The position numbers and the translations under genes were made by a program. The notes under the pieces were generated by a model. It searched no databases and had not been told where the DNA came from. It worked only from the letters and a program-made list of their open reading frames with translations. This document shows positions 18,140-25,373 of a stretch of DNA of 44,455 nucleotides, piece by piece. The first letter of the stretch is position 1; every line of letters starts with the position of its first letter. Location of the stretch: contig JAFVZE010000350.1 of the NCBI GenBank assembly GCA_017508315.1, positions 1 through 44,455 of the forward strand. The letters are read 5' to 3'. The DNA comes from Kiritimatiellia bacterium (GTDB taxonomy: Bacteria; Verrucomicrobiota; Kiritimatiellia; RFP12; UBA1067).

Positions 18140-18286
18140 AATCGGCGGCGGTGCGCGTGATTCGGCGGCCGTCGGCGGGGTCGAAATGGGTCAACGTTCA
18201 AGTTTTAAGGTTGAAAGACCGGGCGTGGGGAGCGGGTGTTCGCCGCGTCGGCTTTCGTGAAAAAAAAAGAAAGGAAAAAAACGAAA

Positions 18287-19699
18287 ATGGAAAAAATCAA
18301 ACTGAAAACGCTGCGGGTTGCGGAGCTTGAGCACGCACCGTGGAATCCTCGGTCGGAGGCGGAGCTTGATTGGCAGAATCCGCGCATGGTCGAACTCATC
18401 GAGTCTGTCCGTGCGGGCGGCATCGCGCAATCGCTCGCGGTCTGGGAGTGCGACGACGGTCAGAATATCGTCATCGCCGGAAACCGCCGTCTCGAGGCGG
18501 CGCGGGCCGTCGGTCTTGCGTCCGTTCCGGCGCTGGTGTTCTCCGGAATCTCCGAGGCGCGGGCGCAGGAGATCACGCGCACCGAGAACGAAATCCGTCA
18601 AGGCGTGGATCCGCTGCAGGATGCTCTGCTTATCGAGCGGATGCTCTCCAAGGGAGTCGACCAGAAAACGATCGCGGCGCATTTCGGAATGTCGGAGGCG
18701 ATGGTCTGCCGCCGCGCCAAGCTCATCAATCTCGACGACTCCGTTCGCGCCGTCGTCGCGGAGGGCGGAAATATCGCAATCGACGCGCTCGAGCAGATCG
18801 CGCTTTATCCGGCGGACGTCCAGCGTCGGTGTTCGGCGGAGATTCGGCGCTACTCGAACACGTCCGGCGTTGTGCGGTGGCGCGATATCTCCTGGAAGAT
18901 TAAGCAGATGACTCGTTCTCTCGATGATGCGATTTTTAACACGTCCTGCTGTGTCGCGTGTCCGAATCGCACCGGAGCCCAGCCTGACCTCTGGGCGGAG
19001 ATTCCGGAGGACGGGAAGCTCGGCGACTGCATCTGCAGTGAGTGTTTCGAGCGGAAGGTCCGCGAGTTCGATCTCGGTCGCATCCGCGAAATCGTCGGCG
19101 ACGGTGTCGAGCTTGTCGATGCGAATGAGGCGGGGCTTGAGTCCTGGCGCGCGGATCGTCTCGACTGTTTCGCGCTCAAGCGCTCTGCTGACTTTCCGGT
19201 CGCATGGTATTGGATCAACGATTATGAGTCCGACGCGTCCGATCGCTACAACCTGCGCTACGGTCCTACGCTCGAAGACTACCGCGCGTTCGAAGAAGCC
19301 GAAGAAGAACGTCGCGACCGTGAACGTGAAGCCGCCGAAGCTGAATCCGCCGAAGCCAAGGCGAAACGTGCCGAGCGCCGCGCTCTCGACGACGAGGTTG
19401 AAGGCTGCGTGAGTCGCATTCTGTCCGGTCTCGGCGGTGAGGATCACGCCAGTTTCAAGAAGGCGGTCAAAAAGTGCGTCGCCGGTGCCACGCTCAAAGG
19501 TGCCGCCGCGACCATGCTTGCGCAGATCATCAACGACTGGTGGACGTACGACGCCAACCCTAACGAATCGATTGAGTTCCTGGTGGCCGTTCCCGGTTTC
19601 GCCAAGGCGCTGAAGGTCGAAAAAGAAAACCTCGACGCCTACAAGGCCGCGCTCAAAAAGCTCGAAGCCTGGGATAAGGCAAACAGCTGCAAAGCCTGA
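18287..19699 (+). CDS. ParB/Srx-fold N-terminal domain protein with a Cys-rich middle region and an acidic coiled-coil
   Basis: 470 aa from ATG 18287. ParB N-domain motifs: VAELEHAPWNPR, IVIAGNRRLEAARAVG, and an HTH segment KTIAAHFGMSEAMVCRRAKL. Then CCVACPNRTG..CICSECFERK (a zinc-finger-like cluster) and an EEAEEERRDREREAAEAE stretch. Confidence 0.7.
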   Translation: MEKIKLKTLRVAELEHAPWNPRSEAELDWQNPRMVELIESVRAGGIAQSLAVWECDDGQNIVIAGNRRLEAARAVGLASVPALVFSGISEARAQEITRTENEIRQGVDPLQDALLIERMLSKGVDQKTIAAHFGMSEAMVCRRAKLINLDDSVRAVVAEGGNIAIDALEQIALYPADVQRRCSAEIRRYSNTSGVVRWRDISWKIKQMTRSLDDAIFNTSCCVACPNRTGAQPDLWAEIPEDGKLGDCICSECFERKVREFDLGRIREIVGDGVELVDANEAGLESWRADRLDCFALKRSADFPVAWYWINDYESDASDRYNLRYGPTLEDYRAFEEAEEERRDREREAAEAESAEAKAKRAERRALDDEVEGCVSRILSGLGGEDHASFKKAVKKCVAGATLKGAAATMLAQIINDWWTYDANPNESIEFLVAVPGFAKALKVEKENLDAYKAALKKLEAWDKANSCKA

Positions 19700-19782
19700 T
19701 CCGTTCTGGAACACCGCAAGGTTCAAGGCGTGGCGGTCCGGAGAGACGGGCGTTTCGTACAAAAAAATGAAAGGATGACAAA

Positions 19783-20019
19783 ATGAAATTACTGTTGATT
19801 GCCTTTTTGGCCTGCGCGTCTGTCGGCTGTGACAATCCAGACTGCTGGGAGTTTTGCGCCGTGGTTCCGAAAGGGGCGACGGTGTCTGAACTGATGGATT
19901 GCGAGAATATCTTGAGGTCGAACGGGTATAGACGAGTCGATGTCAATGTGTCTTGTAGTGGTAGTTATTTTATTCATGCGACACGAACCGATTCAAAAAG
20001 CAAGGAGGGCGCCAGGTGA
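19783..20019 (+). CDS. Small secreted protein or lipoprotein
   Basis: 78 aa: MKLLLIAFLACASVGCDNPDCW... It has a signal peptide with Cys residues in lipobox-like positions. The DNA is visibly A/T-richer. Its stop overlaps the GTG start of the methylase gene. Confidence 0.5.
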   Translation: MKLLLIAFLACASVGCDNPDCWEFCAVVPKGATVSELMDCENILRSNGYRRVDVNVSCSGSYFIHATRTDSKSKEGAR

Positions 20020-21395
20020 AAAACGAAACTCTGAAACTGTCCTTGTTCGCGGAGAATCCGGACAATCCGCAGACGGTGACCGACGAAGCCTTCGCCGATC
20101 TCGTCGCGTCCGTCCGCCGCGATCCTGAAACGCTCGCGGCCAACAAGATCGCGTATTGCACCGACTACGTTTCGCCCATCTCCGGCGAATCGTTCGCGGG
20201 ACGACGCATAGTCATGGCCGGAAACAAGCGCCTGCGCGCGCTCAAGAAGATCTATGGCGAGGACGGCGAGGTTCCGGCCGACTGGTTTTTCGACCTGACT
20301 CCGCTCGGAGTCGAGGCTCGCCGTCGCTGGCTGGTGCGCTCCAACGTCCAGACTGGCGAGTGGGAGGCTGAACTGCTGATGAAGCTGTATTCGAAGGATG
20401 AGCTGTCGTCTCTCATGTCTCCGGATGCGCTCGACGAGATATTCACCGCTTTCGATGCCGCTCCGGCGGCGAAAGGCAAAAAGGACGCCGACGCCGTTCC
20501 CGCCGTAGACGCCGCAGAACCTCCTTCGTCTCGTAGGGGGGGGGTGTACGCGCTCGGTCCGCATCGGCTCATGTGCGGCGACTCCACGTCTCTCGAGGAC
20601 GTTGCGCGTCTCATGGGCGGCGTCAAGGCCGACCTGCTCGTCACCGATCCGCCGTACAACGTCGACTATCAGGGGGCAGCCGGTAAGATCATGAACGACT
20701 CCATGGGCGATTCCGATTTCATGAAGTTCCTCGTCGACGTCTATTCCGCCGCCGATTCCGCGCTCCGCTGCGGAGCGCCCTTCTACATCTGGCACGCGGA
20801 TTCGGAAGGTTTCAACTTTCGCGGCGCGGCGCGTGCCGTCGGCTGGCAGATCCGTCAATGTCTCGTCTGGGTCAAGGATTCGCTGGTCCTCGGTCGCCAG
20901 GATTACCAATGGCGGCATGAGCCGTGTCTCTACGGCTGGAAGGACGGCGCGGCGCATACGTGGCGAGGCGGACGTAAGCAGACGACCGTCGTCGAGCTTA
21001 TCCCGGAATCCGTCGAAACCGACACCGCCGCCGGAGTCGTCCGCTTCCATGTCGCGGGTCGGTCGTTCCAGATTCCGCTCGACGCCGTCTGCGAAGTGGT
21101 CGACTTCACCGCCATCCCGATGCCGAAGCCGACCGTCTCCAAGCTCCATCCGACGATGAAGCCGGTCGCGCTCTTCGCCTATCAGATCCGCAATTCGTCC
21201 GAGCCCGGCGCGGTGGTTCTCGATCTCTTCGGCGGCTCCGGCACGAGCGTGATCGCCTGCGAGGAGACCGGCCGCAATTGCCGCGCGATGGAGCTCGATC
21301 CGAAATTCTGCGACGTGATTCGCCGCCGGTGGGCCGAATTCGTCCACGGCGACGGCTGCGACTGGCTGTCGCTCACTCCGGAGGTGGCTTTATGA
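20016..21395 (+). CDS. ParB-like domain fused to a beta-class N6-adenine/N4-cytosine DNA methyltransferase (N6_N4_Mtase type)
   Basis: 459 aa. N-terminal ParB-like motifs (ENPDNPQTV..; IVMAGNKRLRAL). MTase motif IV DLLVTDPPYN precedes motif I VLDLFGGSGTSVIACEETGR, which is the beta-class order. HPTMKPVAL is also present. Confidence 0.88.
   Translation: MKNETLKLSLFAENPDNPQTVTDEAFADLVASVRRDPETLAANKIAYCTDYVSPISGESFAGRRIVMAGNKRLRALKKIYGEDGEVPADWFFDLTPLGVEARRRWLVRSNVQTGEWEAELLMKLYSKDELSSLMSPDALDEIFTAFDAAPAAKGKKDADAVPAVDAAEPPSSRRGGVYALGPHRLMCGDSTSLEDVARLMGGVKADLLVTDPPYNVDYQGAAGKIMNDSMGDSDFMKFLVDVYSAADSALRCGAPFYIWHADSEGFNFRGAARAVGWQIRQCLVWVKDSLVLGRQDYQWRHEPCLYGWKDGAAHTWRGGRKQTTVVELIPESVETDTAAGVVRFHVAGRSFQIPLDAVCEVVDFTAIPMPKPTVSKLHPTMKPVALFAYQIRNSSEPGAVVLDLFGGSGTSVIACEETGRNCRAMELDPKFCDVIRRRWAEFVHGDGCDWLSLTPEVAL
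20536..20543. repeat. G8 homopolymer inside the ParB-methyltransferase CDS (inter-domain linker)
   Basis: tcgtaGGGGGGGGtgtac encodes ..SRRGGVY.. between the ParB-like and MTase domains. Confidence 0.9.
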
Positions 21396-21598
21396 TCTGG
21401 TTGAAGTTGTTGTTTGCGCATCTGTTTTTTCGGCGGTGCGGAAATTGTGCAAATGCAAAGGTTCATCCGTGGGCGACGTTCACTTGCGGATGTGTTTGCG
21501 ACGATCCGGATATGTTTGGGCAGATGCCTTTTCACCATGTGTGTGACGGGCCGTGTAAAAAAATTCGCATTCTTCAAACAAAACGAAAGGAAAAATAA
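21392..21598 (+). CDS. Small Cys-rich protein
   Basis: 68 aa from ATG 21392 (ATGA overlap; RBS GGAGGTGG): MIWLKLLFAHLFFRRCGNCANAKVHPWATFTCGCVCDDPDMFGQMPFHHVCDGPCKK.. It has 8 Cys and a hydrophobic N-terminus. The DNA is A/T-richer. Confidence 0.45.
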   Translation: MIWLKLLFAHLFFRRCGNCANAKVHPWATFTCGCVCDDPDMFGQMPFHHVCDGPCKKIRILQTKRKEK

Positions 21599-21601
21599 AA
21601 A

Positions 21602-22011
21602 ATGAAGCAAACCTCTGAATTCGTCTCTCTCGGCCATCCGGACAAGATCGCCGATTTCGTCAGCTCCTATCTGCTCGACCGCTACCTCGAGCGCGATCCG
21701 TTCACCCGCTATGCGGTCGAATGCCAGATCAAGGACTCGATGGTCACGCTCGGCGGCGAGGTCACATCGTCCTACGCGATGCCGCTCTCCGAGGTACGTG
21801 TCCACGTGGCGGACGCCGTGCGGTCGGCCAGGTTGTCACGGCGACCGGCTTTGCGAACGGCTACGCGAAGGAGTTCACCGACAAGGAAGGCAAAAAGCGC
21901 ACCATGTATGGCGTCCGGTTTCGGCTCACGGATCTGGCGAACGGGTGCGATGGGGCGTCGACTGGCCCGTCTGCTGCTGCCGACGATGGCGACGATGACA
22001 TTCCGTATTGA
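21602..22011 (+). pseudogene. Frame-broken chimeric gene: MetK (SAM synthetase) N-terminal-domain homolog continuing in the -1 frame into an SSB-like C-terminal segment with a DDDIPY tail
   Basis: Frame A (from 21602): [63 protein letters not shown]. This aligns by eye with E. coli MetK residues ~6-85 ([58 protein letters not shown]). The homology continues only after a -1 shift near 21826-21830 ([10 protein letters not shown] ~ IGYVHSDMGF). The sequence then reads [19 protein letters not shown]...[15 protein letters not shown], with its stop at 22009-22011. Confidence 0.6.
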
Positions 22012-22020
22012 TCTGAATTT

Positions 22021-22039
22021 GGCCGGATCGGTTCCGGCC
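22021..22039 (+). terminator. Hairpin directly after the -1-frame stop of the MetK/SSB chimera
   Basis: GGCCGGA-tcggt-TCCGGCC, a 7-bp GC stem with no clear T-run. The frame-A ORF would have to read through it to its stop at 22040-22042. Confidence 0.35.
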
Positions 22040-22060
22040 TGAAACGAGAAAGGATAAAAA

Positions 22061-22645
22061 ATGGAAATCAGCAAGTATGCCGCGTGGATGCGCAAGTGTG
22101 CGGAGGCGGCTCGCACAACGGATCCGAAACTGACGAAGGCGCAGCGTCGGAAGTTCACAAACGAGATTCAGTCCGAGTACCGCGGTCTCGCGGCCCTGCT
22201 CGACCGCGTCGACAACCTTCGGGCCAGCTCGACGCCTGGTGCCGCGTCGACACTTGACAAGCAGGAGCTGATGAACGGCATCTGTGCCGTGTTCGGTGTC
22301 AAAGCGCCGCAGGTCGAGTACACCGATGCCGACCTGCAGCTGATGCTGAAGCGTCGCTTCGCGTCGGAAGGCATGACGTTCGGCTTCGCGCTCGAGGCGA
22401 TGAAGATCGGATGCAAGGTTGCGCGTAAGTCCTGGGCCGGATTCGGTAACGTCTACCTCTGGCTGCTGCCGGAGTCAACGATCAAGCGTGAGTGGGTGAA
22501 GGACAAAATGCTCGCGGAGTGCTTTGTCGCTGACGAGCTCGTTTGTCACGGGGCCATCCGAATGAAAACGGCGAACTGTAAGGTTCTCACGGGCTGGGTT
22601 CCGGACGGGGACGAGCTCTTGGCCGAGGACTGGGTTATCGTCTAA
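22061..22645 (+). CDS. DUF2829-domain protein (Tad2-like candidate anti-Thoeris sponge) with a ~95-aa N-terminal extension
   Basis: 194 aa. The C-terminal ~95 aa, MTFGFALEAMKIGCKVARKSWAGFGNVYLWLL..IRMKTANCKVLTGWVPDGDELLAEDWVIV, matches my recollection of the DUF2829 pattern (FG.AlealK.GkkvaRkgW.g.........MKTadg.i..W..sq.D.LAeDW). Confidence 0.7.
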   Translation: MEISKYAAWMRKCAEAARTTDPKLTKAQRRKFTNEIQSEYRGLAALLDRVDNLRASSTPGAASTLDKQELMNGICAVFGVKAPQVEYTDADLQLMLKRRFASEGMTFGFALEAMKIGCKVARKSWAGFGNVYLWLLPESTIKREWVKDKMLAECFVADELVCHGAIRMKTANCKVLTGWVPDGDELLAEDWVIV

Positions 22646-24924
22646 TGGCCGAGCAGCTCGATCAAATCAAAGCCCTGGCTGCGCAGGGCGTAAACCTCCG
22701 AGACGCCGAGGCCGTTATCGGTCGTGCGTTCACGCCAGAGGAGGTTCAGTCCTTCCGCAAGATTGCGACGCTGCGTCGGCTGCGTCGGTCTGCCGAGGCC
22801 CAGGAGGCGGCGCGGAAGCGCCGTCTCGCGCTCGAGGCGGAGCAGAAGGCCAATCTCGAGGCCCAGCTTGCCGGTACCGATCCGGACTGGGCGTCGAAGA
22901 TTCGCGGCCCGAAGTCGGCCCTTGACCGCCAGCACGAGCACCGTGCTCGCGGTCGGGAGCTTCGCTCGATCCCGCCACCGCGTCGGCGTCGGGTGCGGGA
23001 GCGCTACCGCTTCGACCTGCTGGGGTTCGGTCTCGCCTACGGCGTCGGCAAGTACGAGGGCATGAAGCCGCTCCTGAAGCGCCCACCTTCCCTTCGGATG
23101 GTGCGCTTCGTCCGTGCGCTTCAAGAGAAGATCCTGCACGGCGGTCTGAAGCACGTCCGTTGGCCGCGTGGGAAGGGAAAGTCGACCTGGGTGAAGATCG
23201 CGATTCTCTGGGCGGCTCTCTACGGTCACAAGTTCTTCATGGTCGTGGTCGAAAAGACCAAGGGCATGGCGCAGGTCGTGGTTGAGGAGATATGGAAGCG
23301 GATCTATCTGTCGCCGCGTATCTCGGTGGACTTTCCGGAGTTCGCCGTGCCGATGCGGGACGTCGAATTGTCGCCGCAGCGGATGCGGTCGCAGACCTAC
23401 CACGGTAAGCCGACCTACATGAAGCAGGATATCGTGAAGTTCTGCTACTACAAGCTGCCGACTGTGGACGGGTTCCCGCAAACCGGCGCGATCATCGCGT
23501 TCCGCGGTGCCGACCAGGCGCTCCGCGGAATCAATATCGAGTCGGCTCGTCCGGACTTCTTCTTCATCGACGATCCCTGCTCCGATACCGACGCCAAGAA
23601 TCCGGCGACCTGCGACAAGATCGAGGACAACATCAACGGTGCCGTCCTCGGCTCCGGTGAAATCAACGAGCGCATCTCGGCGGTCATGGCGTCGACGGCA
23701 ATCGAACCGGACGACGTCAGCGAGCGGTTCGCGGATCCGGCAAAGCATCCGGAGTGGCAAACCGAAACCGAGCGGCTCGTCACGACGTTCGGGCCGCAGG
23801 AGATGGTCTCGAAGTACCTGAAGCTCGCAGAAATCGACGAGGCCCAGGCGCACGAGTGGTACGCGGCGAATCAGGCGGCGATTGAGGTCGGCGTCGAAAT
23901 GATGGATGATCGGGACTTCGTTGAAGGAGTCGAATGCTCGGCCTACGAGCACGCTCTCTATCTGCTGCACACCATGAAGCCGACGCGGTTCTATTCCGAG
24001 TACCAAATGGCGCCGTCTCGGTCGCAGGGCATCTACAAGATTTCGCCGAAAATGATCCGCGAGCGCCTGAACGGGCATCCGATGGGCGAAGTTCCGCACG
24101 AGTGCGACCAGGGCGTTCTGGCGTTCTGCGACGTGAATGCGGTCGCCGGTCTGCGGTGGGAGATCTGTGCGTTCGGCAAGGGCCGCGTAACGGCGACGCT
24201 TGCCTACGGGCAGTATCCGGCGAACGGCGAGCGTCTCTATCCGAAGGGAATCCCGAAGTCGGCCATTCCCGACTACCTGGCTCCGGCGATCCGCACCGTC
24301 GCCGAGGTCATCATGGGCGTGGAGCTGAAGGACGAGCTCGGCGAGCCGGTAAAGGTTCGCGGCATCTGCTTCGATGGTGGCTGGATGACCGAGTGCGTCG
24401 CCAGCACCGTGGCGGACCTCTATGCCGGTGGACTGAATTGCTCCTGGTCGAAAGGTTACAACTCGAAGGAGTATTCTCGCTACCATCACGAGGCCGCTGC
24501 GTCCGGCAAGATCAAAGGTCTCAAGGCCGCGGAGGAGTGCCATACCTGGGCCACCGCAAACGGCACGTATCTCGCATTCAATTCGGACTATTGGAAGGAG
24601 GTTTCGCAAACCTCGTATCTCGCGGATCCGCTCTCGCGTTCGTCATCGTCGTTCTTCGGAACGGATAAGCTCACGCATCATCAGTTCGCCCAGGAAATCT
24701 GCAACGAGGAGCTCAAGGCGAAGGACAAATCCACAAAGTACGGCCACGTCTATACCTGGGCGAAGGATCCGTCAAGGCCGAATCACTTCGGCGACGTCCA
24801 TGCTGGTGTGCTCGTCTATGGCGCGATCCGTGGAAACTTCGACCGCATCGCCGCGGTCATCAAAGCCGAGTCGCTCGTCAAGGTTGCAAAGCATCGAAAA
24901 GTTCGCTATGTCTACAAGGGGTAA
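22645..24924 (+). CDS. Terminase large subunit with a ~130-170-aa N-terminal extension (possible fused small-terminase/DNA-binding module)
   Basis: 759 aa. Walker A VRWPRGKGKSTW sits unusually far in, at residues ~172-183. Walker B-like PDFFFIDDP is present, and the C-terminal half is nuclease-sized. The gene lies immediately upstream of the gpW-like and portal genes. The N-terminus is HTH-like (GVNLRDAEAVIGRAFT), followed by a coiled coil and a basic tract. Confidence 0.8.
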   Translation: MAEQLDQIKALAAQGVNLRDAEAVIGRAFTPEEVQSFRKIATLRRLRRSAEAQEAARKRRLALEAEQKANLEAQLAGTDPDWASKIRGPKSALDRQHEHRARGRELRSIPPPRRRRVRERYRFDLLGFGLAYGVGKYEGMKPLLKRPPSLRMVRFVRALQEKILHGGLKHVRWPRGKGKSTWVKIAILWAALYGHKFFMVVVEKTKGMAQVVVEEIWKRIYLSPRISVDFPEFAVPMRDVELSPQRMRSQTYHGKPTYMKQDIVKFCYYKLPTVDGFPQTGAIIAFRGADQALRGINIESARPDFFFIDDPCSDTDAKNPATCDKIEDNINGAVLGSGEINERISAVMASTAIEPDDVSERFADPAKHPEWQTETERLVTTFGPQEMVSKYLKLAEIDEAQAHEWYAANQAAIEVGVEMMDDRDFVEGVECSAYEHALYLLHTMKPTRFYSEYQMAPSRSQGIYKISPKMIRERLNGHPMGEVPHECDQGVLAFCDVNAVAGLRWEICAFGKGRVTATLAYGQYPANGERLYPKGIPKSAIPDYLAPAIRTVAEVIMGVELKDELGEPVKVRGICFDGGWMTECVASTVADLYAGGLNCSWSKGYNSKEYSRYHHEAAASGKIKGLKAAEECHTWATANGTYLAFNSDYWKEVSQTSYLADPLSRSSSSFFGTDKLTHHQFAQEICNEELKAKDKSTKYGHVYTWAKDPSRPNHFGDVHAGVLVYGAIRGNFDRIAAVIKAESLVKVAKHRKVRYVYKG

Positions 24925-25219
24925 GTCGAACGGGCGTTCTGTCCGTATGTCCATCGAAATCGAAGGTATGGGTGTGAAGTTCGATGTTCTGCCGGGGCCG
25001 CAGCGGCTCCCTGCCATGCATCTCACCGAGTGTCGATGCTGCCACTCGCGGGTCTATTTCAGGGCGCGTTCGTCGACGCCGTCGACGGATCCGGCGTTCA
25101 AGGTCGAGTATCTCTACTGTCCGGTCTGCGGGGCCACGGCCACCCAGGTTCGCGAGGTCGAGGTGCTGCCGAAGTCGGCCCTGAAACGGCGAAAGGTCGA
25201 ATGCCGCTATCGGGCGTGA
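24908..25219 (+). CDS. Small zinc-ribbon protein
   Basis: 103 aa from ATG 24908, overlapping the terminase 3' end by 17 nt. It contains ..LTECRCCHSRVYF...YLYCPVCGATA.., i.e. two CxxC-type pairs. Confidence 0.45.
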   Translation: MSTRGKSNGRSVRMSIEIEGMGVKFDVLPGPQRLPAMHLTECRCCHSRVYFRARSSTPSTDPAFKVEYLYCPVCGATATQVREVEVLPKSALKRRKVECRYRA

Positions 25220-25234
25220 TTTGATACTTCAAAT

Positions 25235-25267
25235 GGGCCGCGGCAGTCGTTCCGCGGCTCTCTTTTT
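25235..25267 (+). terminator. Rho-independent terminator at the end of the early/packaging transcription unit
   Basis: ggGCCGCGG-cagtcgtt-CCGCGGCtc, a 7-9 bp GC stem, followed by TCTTTTT. Confidence 0.7.
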
Positions 25268-25283
25268 GTAGTTTCTACAAAAA
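25263..25283. promoter_or_regulatory. Palindrome TTTTTGTAG-TTT-CTACAAAAA upstream of the structural operon (operator variant)
   Basis: Perfect 9+9 inverted repeat with a 3-nt spacer. It shares the GTAG-N3-CTAC core and geometry with O1-O3 (TTGGTAG-GTG-CTACCAA). TTGACG follows 18 nt downstream at 25301-25306. Confidence 0.5.
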
Positions 25284-25373
25284 ATATCAGGGTTTGGCCC
25301 TTGACGGACTTGCGGCGTTATAACACCTGGTGCTATTCTGTTGCCGTCGAGAGCGAATGGAGACCGACCTGAA

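Noticed and set aside
21602-22042. Taking the 146-aa frame-A ORF at face value as an intact protein
   Set aside because: After ~75 residues it turns into Arg/Ser/Thr-rich nonsense and reads through a hairpin. The MetK-like and SSB-like similarity continues in the -1 frame, which stops before the hairpin.
25301-25324. TTGACG / TATAAC read as a canonical sigma70 late promoter (and similarly TTGACA / ATTATC at 29721-29744)
   Set aside because: The spacer is only 12 nt in both cases, too short for a standard -35/-10 pair. I keep them only as promoter-like boxes of uncertain meaning.
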